Shown: positions 45,593 through 55,105 of the stretch, piece after piece | Position numbering within the stretch: the first letter of the stretch is position 1 | How the letters are laid out: each line of letters opens with the position of its first letter | The notes under the pieces: generated by a model | Database searches by the model: none | Told to the model about the DNA's origin: nothing | Seen by the model: the letters and a program-made list of their open reading frames with translations, nothing else | NCBI RefSeq assembly: GCF_036388195.1 | Contig: NZ_DASVSG010000121.1 | Span: 35,292 to 99,291 of the forward strand | Reading direction: 5' to 3' | Length of the DNA stretch: 64,000 nt | DNA from: Jatrophihabitans sp. | GTDB taxonomy: Bacteria; Actinomycetota; Actinomycetes; Mycobacteriales; Jatrophihabitantaceae | Translations under genes and position numbers: made by a program

Positions 45593-46759
45593 CTAACGAC
45601 TTGTCAGGTTGTCGAGGTCGGTGGCGCCGCCGTCGGCCCACCCCACGATGTGATGGCGTTGGCACCATTCTGGCGGCTTGTCGCAGCCAGGGAAGGTGCA
45701 GCCGCGGTCTCGGGCGATCAGGGCCAGGGTTTGCGCGCGGGTGGCGATGCGTTTGGTGCGGCCGTGGGCCAGCACGGCGCCGGTGGCGCCGGTGAGCAGC
45801 AGGTTGATCGCGGCCTCGTCGGCCAGCCTGAGCGCCTGGTCGACGCTGAGCTGATGCCCGAAGCTGGTCTCGGCCAGCCCCTGGCGGGTGGCTAGTTGGT
45901 CGGCGGTCATCGTGATGATGACCTGGGCCGGCGCCCCTGACTCGGGCAGCTCGTCGCGGCGGACCGCGATGCTGGCGAGGTCTTCTAGCGCGTCGTGCAT
46001 GCGCTGGGCATGGTTGCGCGGGTCGGGTCCGGCTTCGCCGGTGGGCTGGGGTGCCGAGCGGGGTGTCAGGATGGCCAGGAGCAGCGCGCCGCAGGTAGCG
46101 GTGAGCCGTCCCCGGGCGGTGTAGCTGCCGTCGGCTTCCGGGTGCAGGGAGAAGTTGCGCTGACGCTGCTGCTCGGCATCGGAGGCCAGGGTGCCGTCGG
46201 GGTGCGGGTGCGCCAGGATGCGCTTGCCAACCATGGCCACCTCGCGCGGCCGCAGGGTGGCCGCCGCCTCGACGAGGTGCTTCTCGGCCAGGGTTCGGTC
46301 CTCGACGCTGACCGCTGCGGGCAGGCGCTTCAGGGCAGCCAGGATGGTCTGGGTGTGCTCGGCCGACACCACGCCATCGGCCTGGGCGGCGGCCAGGGCC
46401 GGCAGCACCGGCGACAACGGCTCACCGATGAGGCTGGTCCGTGACCCACAGGCCCGCGCCGCGGTAACCCGGTCACTCGCCTCGCCCGGGGACAGCCGCA
46501 GCACCCCCTGCAGCACTTCCGCCGTCGAGCCCATCACCAGCCGGCCGGCCACGCCGCGCCGGTCCAGCTCATCGATCAGCGCATGATCGATCACCGTCAA
46601 CCGGCGTCGCAGCACCTCCAGCTCCCGGAGTTCGGCGAGCACATCGGCATCAGACACCCGAACCAACTCACCACTGGTCACCGATCCCAGATAGTCAGCC
46701 AGCGCAGCGATCAACCCGATCAGACCGTCCGTTACCAGGCCACTGTGAAGCTGCTCCAT
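45593..46759 (-). pseudogene. 5' part of the DUF222/HNH gene interrupted by the element
   Basis: RDRGCTFPGC...HHIVGWADGGATDLDNL then premature stop. Confidence 0.92.
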
Positions 46760-46766
46760 ACATCAG

Positions 46767-46788
46767 ACACTACGATGGGCGTCTGACA
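46767..46788 (-). promoter_or_regulatory. RecA-NDp (PafBC-type) DNA-damage promoter, leaderless
   Basis: minus strand TGTCAG-N10-TAGTGT, then 7 nt to ATG 46759. Confidence 0.75.
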
Positions 46789-46916
46789 CTTCCAGGCTGC
46801 CGAGCCAGTTATCCACAGGGTCGATAATCTCGGCCCAGAACCTCCGACAGCGGTGCATGATCGAGACATGAGCGCCCGACTGGACGAGAAGAACCCCGCT
46901 ACGACAGGCTGCAAGG

Positions 46917-47300
46917 ATGCGATCTCGAACGAGTGGAATGTGGTGGGGAACCGCGATCGAAGCGCCGGACCCCGACGTCTTGGCCAGGTTCTACTCGGAG
47001 CTGCTGGGCTGGCCGATCGGGCACGAGGAGCCGGGTACCGCCATCCTCGCCGCGCCGGAAGGCCCTATCTACCTGGCGTTCCAGCAGGCGGCCGGCTATC
47101 AGCCATCCGTGTGGCCACCCGTCGACGGGCAGCAGCGGCCGATGATCCACTTCGACTTCCAGGTCGGCGACCTCGACTCGGCGGTCGCCGACGCGGTCGC
47201 GCTGGGCGCCACCGTGGCTGCGCACCAACCGCAGGAGAACGTCCGGGTGCTGATCGACCCTGCCGGACACCCGTTCTGCCTCTGTCGCGACCACGGCTGA
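46917..47300 (+). CDS. VOC/glyoxalase family protein
   Basis: APDP..LARFY, LAFQ, HFDF.V, DPAGHPFCL. Confidence 0.88.
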   Translation: MRSRTSGMWWGTAIEAPDPDVLARFYSELLGWPIGHEEPGTAILAAPEGPIYLAFQQAAGYQPSVWPPVDGQQRPMIHFDFQVGDLDSAVADAVALGATVAAHQPQENVRVLIDPAGHPFCLCRDHG

Positions 47301-47430
47301 TCAGGTGTCGATCGGCATCCGGCCAAGCCGACGAGCTGACTCGTCGGCCAATAGAGACGACGGCTGATCAGATCTTGGGATCGGCAGGTGGCCCACCAAC
47401 GAACTGCATCGTTACCGGGCAGAGAAGACC

Positions 47431-47880
47431 TCAGCAGGTGACGTAGCTGGCGATGCTTCCCCAGGAGCACGAATCCTTCAGCGTCCCCACGCTGTTCTTG
47501 AGGTATGCGGTGTCACCGGTGTTGTTCCAGATGTAGGCCCGGGAGCCCCAGTACCGGTGGGTGCTGGTGTTCGTGCCGATGCCGGTGTGCAGCGTGACCG
47601 AGGCCCGCGGCCTGAGCACGAAGGTCCCGAACCGGTACACGTGCGCTGACCGGTCGGAAATCGTGTAACCGGTCAGGGTGAACGAGGCCGTATAGCTGGA
47701 ATTGGTGATCACGACGTACTCGCCGTTGAGGCTGTAGTTCGTGCCGGTGTCGGTGCCGGGCGAATTCGCGTACGCCTTGCTGAAGTGCAGCGTCGGATTG
47801 ACCGCCTCGGCCGGCGCGGCGCCGACCAGCGCGGCAGCGAGGCTCAGCACGGTCGCACCGGCAAGCAGACGTAGACGCAT
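47431..47880 (-). CDS. secreted lamin-tail-domain protein
   Basis: signal peptide; SPG.D...LNGEYV.ITN, IWNNTGDTAYL. Confidence 0.85.
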   Translation of the reverse strand: MRLRLLAGATVLSLAAALVGAAPAEAVNPTLHFSKAYANSPGTDTGTNYSLNGEYVVITNSSYTASFTLTGYTISDRSAHVYRFGTFVLRPRASVTLHTGIGTNTSTHRYWGSRAYIWNNTGDTAYLKNSVGTLKDSCSWGSIASYVTC

Positions 47881-47979
47881 GGAATTCCCCCGAATAAGTG
47901 CCAGAAAGATTTAACAGCAACCATACGGTTTGCATCGTCACAAGGCAACCGCGGCCACTACTGGCGGCCCGGCAGGGAC

Positions 47980-48519
47980 TCAGGGCGAGACGCCACTGGC
48001 GGCGAACGCCGGCGGGTAGACCAGCCGGCCGCGCAGCTGAGCGTCATAGGCCGGCAGGGCAATCGCCATCCCCGCCTCCGGCGGCGCCCAGTCCGGCAGC
48101 GCGATGGAGATGCCGAGCTCCCGGCTGTCGCGGAACCCGAACCGGGGGTAGTACCGAGGGCTGCCCTCCAACGTCACCAGCGGCTCGCCCAGCCGTTCGG
48201 CCTCGGCCAGCCCGGCCCGCACCAGGGCCGACCCGACGCCACGGCCCTGCACCGCCGGAGCCACCGCCAGCGGCGACAGCGTCAGCACCCGGCGCCGCGA
48301 CCCGGACTCCGAAACCAGCTCGGCATGGCTCAACATCACGAAGCCGGCGACGGCCCCGTCCACCCGCGCCAGCAGGGCGAGTTCTGGCACATAGTCAGCA
48401 GACGCCCGGATCAGGTCCACCAGGTCCGCCACCGCCGGCTGGTCGACAAAGGCAGCAAGCACCACCGCCCGGATGGCTGCATGATCGGCCGGCTGCTCGG
48501 GCTCGACAACTATCCGCAC
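47980..48519 (-). CDS. GNAT N-acetyltransferase (YhbS-like)
   Basis: LSPLAVAP..QGRGVG, EGSPRYYPRFGF. Confidence 0.88.
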   Translation of the reverse strand: MRIVVEPEQPADHAAIRAVVLAAFVDQPAVADLVDLIRASADYVPELALLARVDGAVAGFVMLSHAELVSESGSRRRVLTLSPLAVAPAVQGRGVGSALVRAGLAEAERLGEPLVTLEGSPRYYPRFGFRDSRELGISIALPDWAPPEAGMAIALPAYDAQLRGRLVYPPAFAASGVSP

Positions 48520-48574
48520 CGGAGCATCGTCCCCCGCACGCCGGCAACGAGGCCAGCGAATACCGCCAGCAAAC

Positions 48575-49504
48575 TCAGGGCTCGTCGTCGCCCGAACGTC
48601 CAGGCTCCCCGGGATTCTCCTGCTGCAGCAGGTACTGCTCGAACTCCGCGCCGATCTCGTCCGCGGTCGGCAGCCGGGCGCCCTCGGCGACCAGCCCGTG
48701 GCTGCGTCCGGCGACGATCTCGTCGTACTGCAGCTCCAGCGCCCGCACCACCGCGGTGATCTGCTCCGACGCCGCCACCTTGGCGTCCAGCTCGATGCGG
48801 CTCGCGGTCGCCGCCTCCTGCAGCGGCTCGGTGGGCAGCACCAGCCCGCCCGCCTTGGCCACGCACTCGACCAGGGTCAGCGCCGCGGCCGGATAGTCCA
48901 GGTGCGCCAGATAATGCGGCACGTTCACAGCGAACCCGGTCGAGGCCACACCGACCGCGCTCAGCCGGAACTCGATCAGGTGCCCGGCGCTGGCCGGCAC
49001 CTGGACGGTCCCGAGCCAGTTGCTGTACTCGGCCACCATGTCGGGGGAGCTGCCGCGGGCGATCACGGTGGACGGCCGGCTGTGCGGCACGCCCATCGGG
49101 ATCGCGTCCAGCGCGATCACCAACCGGACCCCCAGCCGCTGGACGATCATCTCCACAGCCGAGGCGAACCGCTCCCACTGCAGATCGGGCTCGGCCCCGG
49201 CCAGCAACAAGAAACCCGTGCCGGCCGAGTCGCGCACCGCGTGCACCTTCAGCTCCGGCGCGGTGAAGCTCTCCCAGTGGTCGGTGACGAACAGCATCTC
49301 CGGCCGCCGTCCCCGGTAGTCGAAGACCTGGTCGATGTCGAAGGTGGCGATCACCTCGGACTCCAGCGTGCGGAGCAGGTGCGCCCGGGCCAGCTGGGCA
49401 GCGTTGCCGGCGTCGATGAAGCCGTCCAGCGCCAACACCAGGACCGGCCGGTCAAGGTCCGGCAGCTCCTCGGTCAGCTGAAACAGCTCCGCCGGGTCGA
49501 GCAT
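48575..49504 (-). CDS. PAC2-family proteasome assembly chaperone
   Basis: GFIDAG, DYRGRRP, GAEPDLQWE, VPHSRP, VPHYL. Confidence 0.9.
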   Translation of the reverse strand: MLDPAELFQLTEELPDLDRPVLVLALDGFIDAGNAAQLARAHLLRTLESEVIATFDIDQVFDYRGRRPEMLFVTDHWESFTAPELKVHAVRDSAGTGFLLLAGAEPDLQWERFASAVEMIVQRLGVRLVIALDAIPMGVPHSRPSTVIARGSSPDMVAEYSNWLGTVQVPASAGHLIEFRLSAVGVASTGFAVNVPHYLAHLDYPAAALTLVECVAKAGGLVLPTEPLQEAATASRIELDAKVAASEQITAVVRALELQYDEIVAGRSHGLVAEGARLPTADEIGAEFEQYLLQQENPGEPGRSGDDEP

Positions 49505-49508
49505 CGTC

Positions 49509-50153
49509 TCAGCCGGACGTCAGCGCGACGGTGAGCTCGGGCTCGGTGGCCGCGCGGACCTCGTCCACCGTCACGCCGGGCGCCAGCTCGCGCAGCACCA
49601 GGCCGTCCGGCTCGATGTCGATCACCGCCAGGTCGGTGATGATGTGGTGCACGCAGGCCGCCCCGGTGAGCGGCAGCGAGCACTCGTTGACCACCTTCGG
49701 GCTGCCGTCACGGGCCAGGTGCTCCATCATCACGATCACCTTCTTCGCCCCGTGCACCAGGTCCATGGCGCCGCCCATCCCCTTAATCATCTTCCCAGGA
49801 ATGGTCCAGTTCGCCAGGTCGCCGTTTGCCGCGACCTGCATCGCGCCGAGCACCGCCACGTCGATATGCCCGCCGCGGATCATCCCGAACGACAGCGCGG
49901 AATCGAAGAACGACGCCCCCGGCAGCACCGTGACGGTCTCCTTGCCGGCGTTGATCAGGTCGGCGTCCACCTCGCTCTCCAAGGGGTACGGGCCCACCCC
50001 GAGGATCCCGTTCTCGCTCTGCAGCACCACGGTGATCGACGGATCGACGTAGTTCGGCACCAGCGTCGGCAGCCCGATGCCCAGGTTGACGTACTGGCCG
50101 TCGTGCAGCTCGCGGGCCACCCGGGCGGCGAGCTCGTTGCGATTGAGAGCCAT
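49509..50153 (-). CDS. scoB: 3-oxoacid CoA-transferase subunit B
   Basis: [22 protein letters not shown]. Confidence 0.93.
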   Translation of the reverse strand: MALNRNELAARVARELHDGQYVNLGIGLPTLVPNYVDPSITVVLQSENGILGVGPYPLESEVDADLINAGKETVTVLPGASFFDSALSFGMIRGGHIDVAVLGAMQVAANGDLANWTIPGKMIKGMGGAMDLVHGAKKVIVMMEHLARDGSPKVVNECSLPLTGAACVHHIITDLAVIDIEPDGLVLRELAPGVTVDEVRAATEPELTVALTSG

Positions 50154-50160
50154 CGTCAGA

Positions 50161-50994
50161 TCAGCCTGCGCTTTCCGGTCGTCGGACTTCGGGTGCGGCG
50201 CCGGGCGCCCCGGCTTCGTCGCCGGCCCCCGAGCGGGTGTCATCGGCCTGCTCGCGCACGGTGCGCTTCTCGATCAGCTTGCCGGCCTCGCCCACCTCGA
50301 CGACCCGCTGCACGAACACCCCCGGGGTGTGCACCTGCTCGGGATCCAGCTCGCCCGGCTCGACGAGCTCCTCCACCTCGGCGATGGTGATCCGCCCGGC
50401 CATCGCGCACAGCGGGTTGAAGTTGCGGGCCGAAGCGTCGTAGCTGAGGTTGCCGTGGCGGTCACCCCGGGCCGCCCGCACCAGCGCGAAGTCGGTGACG
50501 ATCCCCTCCTCCAGCACGTACAGCCGCCCGTTGAACTCCCGGGTCTCCTTCTGCGGGGACGCCAGCGCGACCGTGCCGTCCGGATGGTAGCGCCACGGCA
50601 GGCCACCCTCGGCGATCATGGTGCCCACCCCGGCCGGGGTGTAGAACGCCGGGATTCCGGAGCCGCCGGCCCGCAGCCGCTCGGCCAGGGTGCCCTGCGG
50701 CGTCAGCTCGACCTCCAGCTCGCCGCTGAGGTACTGCCGGGCGAACTCGCGGTTCTCACCGACATAGGAGCCGATGGTGCGCCGGATCCGCTTGGCGCCG
50801 AGCAGGATGCCCAGCCCCGCCTCGTCCAGGCCGCAGTTGTTCGACACGGTCTCCAGCTCGCCGCTGCCGAGCTCCAGCAGCGCCTGGATAAGCACGTGCG
50901 GGATGCCGCACACGCCGAAGCCACCGACCGCCAGCGATGCTCCCTCGCCGATGTCAGCCACTGCCTCGGCGGCTGTTGCCACCACTTTGTCCAC
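50161..50994 (-). CDS. scoA: 3-oxoacid CoA-transferase subunit A
   Basis: [27 protein letters not shown]. Confidence 0.93.
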   Translation of the reverse strand: MDKVVATAAEAVADIGEGASLAVGGFGVCGIPHVLIQALLELGSGELETVSNNCGLDEAGLGILLGAKRIRRTIGSYVGENREFARQYLSGELEVELTPQGTLAERLRAGGSGIPAFYTPAGVGTMIAEGGLPWRYHPDGTVALASPQKETREFNGRLYVLEEGIVTDFALVRAARGDRHGNLSYDASARNFNPLCAMAGRITIAEVEELVEPGELDPEQVHTPGVFVQRVVEVGEAGKLIEKRTVREQADDTRSGAGDEAGAPGAAPEVRRPESAG

Positions 50995-51096
50995 GCTCGG
51001 CACCTCTCCAGCAGGTCGTCCGGACGCCCGGCCGGGAGTGCTCCGGACCGGACGGGGTAGGTACGCGAACTCTAACCAGCGTGCCCGGCCACGGCA

Positions 51097-51819
51097 TCAG
51101 TGGCTGACGGTGACGTTCTCCGCCTGGGCCCGCGCGGCCGCCTTGGCCGGGTCCGGATTGCGCACCAGCACCACCGAGCCGCCGACCGCCAGCGGCGCCA
51201 GCAGGGACGCCACCCAGTGCTGCGGAGCGGCCCAGGGCACGGTCCACATCAGCCGGCCGGCGGGTCCGAGCCCCAGCTCCTCGGCCGCCTGCCGGGCCGC
51301 TTCGGCCAGCTCGGCCCGCGAGCGCCCGGCCAGCGCGAGGTCACCCGGGCCGGCCTGGGCACGGACCGTCGGCCAGCTGTCGGGCATCGGACGCACCGAG
51401 CTGGAGTAGTCGGCCATCCCCAGCGGCGGCGGCGACGGCCTGGCCATGCTGAGCAGCGACACCGCGAACGCCCCGTCCAGGCGGTCCGGGGTGATCAGCG
51501 CCGACAGCGAGTCGGCGTCGCCGAAGGCCACCGTCGCGGTCGCCGGATCGGTCACCACCTCGAGCCCGGCGTACCAGCAGCCCAGCAGGACGGGCGCGGC
51601 CAGCCAGTGCACCGGCAGCCGGACGAAGGCCCGGTCACCGACCGCCGCGCCGAGCTCGTCCACCAGCAGGAAGTGGGTCTTGGCCACCCAGTTCGCCAGC
51701 GACTTCGCCGACAGCTCCGCGCGCTCACCGGTGGCGTCGTCGTAGAAGGTGACCAGCGGGCTCCCCGGGTCGGCAACCAGCCGGGCGGCGAACAGCTGCT
51801 CGGGTCCCTGGTGCGGCAT
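51097..51819 (-). CDS. TIGR03089-family protein
   Basis: P..TFYDDATGERAELS...ANWVAKT; typical neighbour of LCP/rfbD. Confidence 0.85.
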   Translation of the reverse strand: MPHQGPEQLFAARLVADPGSPLVTFYDDATGERAELSAKSLANWVAKTHFLLVDELGAAVGDRAFVRLPVHWLAAPVLLGCWYAGLEVVTDPATATVAFGDADSLSALITPDRLDGAFAVSLLSMARPSPPPLGMADYSSSVRPMPDSWPTVRAQAGPGDLALAGRSRAELAEAARQAAEELGLGPAGRLMWTVPWAAPQHWVASLLAPLAVGGSVVLVRNPDPAKAAARAQAENVTVSH

Positions 51820-51854
51820 CGTCGGCTCAGCTCCTCGCACAGCGACGGGACGGG

Positions 51855-53639
51855 CTAGTTGATGCAGCCGGCATCGGCCGCGGTGGTCACGCCCGGCGCC
51901 GGCGCCGACTTGGAGGGCGTCGGCTTGGCCGTGTTGCTCGGGGTCTTGGGCATCAGGCTCTTCACCTGGATGCCGTTCTCCCCGAGCACCAGGGTCACGG
52001 AGGTGACGTCCGGGGTGCGCTCCAGCTCCGCGCCGGGCACCTGGGCCTGCAGCGCCTTGGCCGCCGACTCCTGGCCCGGGGCGTACCGGATCACGGTCTT
52101 GGCCACCACGTCCGAGGACGCGGGCGGGATCTCGGTCTTGAAACCGGCCGCCTGCAGCGCCCTGGCGTTGGTCTTCTCCAGGCCGTTGGTGTTGGTGTCG
52201 TTGATGACCCGGACGGTCACCGTGCCCGGGGCGGCGGGCTTGGCCTTCTGCAGCGCCGAGCCGGAATTGCCGATCAGCCTGTCGATGAAGTCGGGCATCT
52301 CAGCAGCGTTCACCACCACGGTGTTCTGGATCTGGCCGCCGATCTGCTCATCGCGGTATCCCTGGGTGGGGATGGTGGTGAAGGTGAAGTTGCCGGCCTG
52401 CAGGTTCTGCATCTGCTGGGCGAGCTTCAGCGGCTCCAGCGTGTCGTCCATCTGCAGCGAGGACGACACCGCCTTCAGCAGGTTCTGCAGCTTGATCGGG
52501 TTCAGCAGGGTGCCGGCCGAGGACATCTTGCGGAACACCGCCGACAGGAAGTACTGCTGGCGCTTGATCCGGTCCAGGTCGCCGTTCTTCAGCCCGTAGC
52601 GCTGCCGGACGAAGGCCAGCGCCTGGGCGCCCTTGATGGTCTGGTGGCCGGCCTTGAGGTCGATGCCGGACTTCACCTCCTTCTGCGCGGCGTTGAGGCA
52701 GACGTCCACCCCGCCGATGGCGTTGGAGATCCGGTAGAAGCCGAGCAGGTCGACCTGGACGAAGTGGTCGATGCTCAACCCGGTCAGGTTCTCGATGGTC
52801 TGGACCAGCAGCCGGGCGCCGGCGGCCTTGTCACCCTTCGCGGCCTGGACGCCGATCGGGTAGGCGGCGTTCAGCTTGTTCTTGCCATGGCCGGGGATGC
52901 TCACGTAGGAGTCCCGCGGGAACGAGATCGCGGTGGCCTTGCTGCCGTCGGCCGGCAGGTGCAGCAGCATCATGGTGTCGGTGTTGTAGCTGCCGCCGTC
53001 ACGATGGGTGCCCAGCTCCCGCAGCTCGGCGTCGGTGGCGGTGTCGCGGTCGTCGTTGCCGACCAGCAGCAGGTTCTGGTCCTGCCCGTCGATTCCGCCG
53101 TTGGCCGCCTTGCCCTTGGCCGAGATCGCGTTGACCCGGGTGATGTCGGCATTGAAGTTGCGGTAGGTCGCCCACGCCCAGCCGCTGCCGACCAGGACCA
53201 GCAGCGAGCAGAGGGTCGCCACGATCCGCAGGCCCAGCGTCGCGCCGTGCAGCAGGTCCGACCCCGACCGGCCCGGTGGCGGGGGGCCCGCGGTGGTTGC
53301 CGACCGGGCGGGGGACGCGCCCGTGGCCGGTCTCCCGGGGGACGCGCCCGTGGCCGGCCGCCCGGGGGACGCGCCCATGGCCGGCCGCCCGGGGGACGCG
53401 CCCCGCTGGGCCCGGTTGGCCGAGCGCCCGCGCGGGTCCAGCTCCGGTGGCAGCTGGGCGTTGGGGTCACCGGGCCGCGCGCTCCGTCCCTCGATGTTCT
53501 GGCCGCCTCGTCCCCCCGCTTGGCCAGCCGGCCGCCCGGCCGGACGCGGGCGTCCACGCCGCGGGTCGAGCTCCGGGGGTAACTCGCCGTCGGCCGGATT
53601 CGACCAGCCGGCTGGCGGTCGATCATCGTGGGAGGGCAT
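51855..53639 (-). CDS. LCP (LytR-CpsA-Psr) family protein with LytR_C domain
   Basis: NLLLVGND, DTMMLLH, SFPRD, FVRQR, DLDRIKRQQ. Confidence 0.92.
   Translation of the reverse strand: MPSHDDRPPAGWSNPADGELPPELDPRRGRPRPAGRPAGQAGGRGGQNIEGRSARPGDPNAQLPPELDPRGRSANRAQRGASPGRPAMGASPGRPATGASPGRPATGASPARSATTAGPPPPGRSGSDLLHGATLGLRIVATLCSLLVLVGSGWAWATYRNFNADITRVNAISAKGKAANGGIDGQDQNLLLVGNDDRDTATDAELRELGTHRDGGSYNTDTMMLLHLPADGSKATAISFPRDSYVSIPGHGKNKLNAAYPIGVQAAKGDKAAGARLLVQTIENLTGLSIDHFVQVDLLGFYRISNAIGGVDVCLNAAQKEVKSGIDLKAGHQTIKGAQALAFVRQRYGLKNGDLDRIKRQQYFLSAVFRKMSSAGTLLNPIKLQNLLKAVSSSLQMDDTLEPLKLAQQMQNLQAGNFTFTTIPTQGYRDEQIGGQIQNTVVVNAAEMPDFIDRLIGNSGSALQKAKPAAPGTVTVRVINDTNTNGLEKTNARALQAAGFKTEIPPASSDVVAKTVIRYAPGQESAAKALQAQVPGAELERTPDVTSVTLVLGENGIQVKSLMPKTPSNTAKPTPSKSAPAPGVTTAADAGCIN
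53305..53405. repeat. 27-bp in-frame tandem repeat, about x4
   Basis: gggggacgcgcccgtggccgg units encoding GASPGRPA(T/M). Confidence 0.8.
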
Positions 53640-53689
53640 CGGCGGAGTCTATCGAGATCGACTGTGGAAACGTCAGAAGCGCCGACACG

Positions 53690-53786
53690 CCCAGCGGGTC
53701 CTCGACCACGCGACGTTGCCAGCGGGTCCTCGGCCCCGCGACGTCACCCAGCGGGCCCTCGGCCCGCGATGTCGCCCGGCCACCCG
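53690..53786. repeat. about 29-bp imperfect tandem repeat x3 in the divergent LCP/rfbD intergenic region
   Basis: ccagcggg(t/c)cctcg..c..cgcga(c/t)gt units. Confidence 0.7.
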
Positions 53787-53924
53787 GCCGCCCAGCCGCT
53801 CGGCCGCCCAGCCGCCCGGCCCCCGGGTGGCCCTCCCCGGGTGTGCGAGCATGAAGCGCATGCCCGCCCTCGTCTCCCGCCGGCAGCCGTGCGGCCCGTC
53901 CCGGCGCCTGGTTGCGGGCAGCCG

Positions 53925-54824
53925 ATGAGCGCTCCGCAGCAGACCCGCTGGCTGATCACCGGGGCGCGTGGCCAGCTCGGCAGCGACCTGTGCCGGGTGC
54001 TGGCCGCGGCCGGCGTCGACGGCGAGCAGCTGCTGGCGCTGGGATCCGACCAGCTCGACATCACCAGCTCGGCCGCGGTGCAAGCGGTCTTCGGCGACTT
54101 CCAGCCGCAGCTGGTGGTCAACGCCGCGGCCTACACGGCCGTCGACCAGGCCGAGACCGAGGAGGACCGCGCCTTCGCGGTGAACGCCGGCGGAGCGGCG
54201 CTGCTGGCCGCCGCGGCCGCCCGCGCCGGCGCACGGCTGCTGCAGGTGTCCACCGACTACGTCTTCGCCGGCGACGCCAACCAGCCGTACCCGGAGCAGG
54301 CGGCGCCCGACCCGCGCTCGGCGTACGGGCGCACCAAGCTGGCCGGCGAGCTGGCGGTGCGCGAACTGGCCCCCGAGCACGGCTACGTGGTGCGCACCGC
54401 CTGGGTGTACGGCGCCACCGGCTCGAACTTCGTCAAGACGATGGCGCGGCTGGAGCAGGCCCGCGACACCCTCGAGGTGGTCGACGACCAGCGCGGCTCG
54501 CCGACCTGGTCGGCGGACCTGGCCCGGAGGCTGGTGGAGCTGGCCGGCAGCGCCGCCCGTCCGGGCATCTATCACTGCACCGGAGCGGGTGAGACCAGCT
54601 GGTACGGCCTGGCCCGGGCGGTGTTCGAGGAGCTTGGCGCCGACCCCGAGCGGGTGCGTCCGACGACCACCGACAGGTTCCCGCGGCCGGCGCCGCGGCC
54701 GGCGTATTCGGTGCTGTCCGACCAGGCCTGGCGCGCGGCCGGCCTGACCGCGATGCCGCACTGGCGAGAAGCGCTGCGGCGCGCCTTCGCCGAGGACCGC
54801 GCCGCCTACCTGCCGTCCGGCTGA
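53925..54824 (+). CDS. rfbD: dTDP-4-dehydrorhamnose reductase
   Basis: TGARGQLG, NAAAYTAVD, STDYVF, YGRTK, RPAPRPAYS. Confidence 0.95.
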   Translation: MSAPQQTRWLITGARGQLGSDLCRVLAAAGVDGEQLLALGSDQLDITSSAAVQAVFGDFQPQLVVNAAAYTAVDQAETEEDRAFAVNAGGAALLAAAAARAGARLLQVSTDYVFAGDANQPYPEQAAPDPRSAYGRTKLAGELAVRELAPEHGYVVRTAWVYGATGSNFVKTMARLEQARDTLEVVDDQRGSPTWSADLARRLVELAGSAARPGIYHCTGAGETSWYGLARAVFEELGADPERVRPTTTDRFPRPAPRPAYSVLSDQAWRAAGLTAMPHWREALRRAFAEDRAAYLPSG

Positions 54825-55105
54825 GCCGTCCCGGTCAGCGAAGGCCTACCAGTCGCCAGACGTATCAAGGTTGCATCAGCCCGGAAATCTTTGGAGATTT
54901 GAGTCCGAAAAGCAGCCGAATAGCCGCCGTCGATATGGTGCGCTGCGCCGGGTGGCGGGGTTACAGTCCTCACATCTCTCAGATCGCGTGGCTACCGGCC
55001 AATAGGTACTACGTAGGAAAAGACAGCTCCGGCGGCATCCACCGCCCTTATCCGGACATTCCGGCCTAGCGCACTTTCGGGTCGGTCACCCGAGGTGACA
55101 TTCAG

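Larger units (their letters stand above)
40321..45610. mobile_element. 5.3-kb integrative rolling-circle element inserted in the HNH gene
   Basis: AGGTT core at 40321-40325 and 45606-45610; removal restores an in-frame 433-aa gene; contains recombinase, Rep and Xre. Confidence 0.92.

Noticed and set aside
40321-45610. Filamentous (inovirus) prophage or AICE
   Set aside because: An HUH Rep is present, but there is no Zot/pI ATPase, no small coat proteins and no FtsK/TraB translocase.
46800-46830. Replication origin
   Set aside because: There is only one DnaA box, no AT-rich unwinding element and no dnaA/dnaN.
48575-49504. PAC2 gene as part of the ubiquitin-like system
   Set aside because: It lies 11 kb away among core genes and is common in actinobacteria; there is no evidence of linkage.
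54830-55105. c-di-AMP (ydaO) riboswitch upstream of the SpoIID-like gene
   Set aside because: The conserved ydaO sequence blocks were not found.
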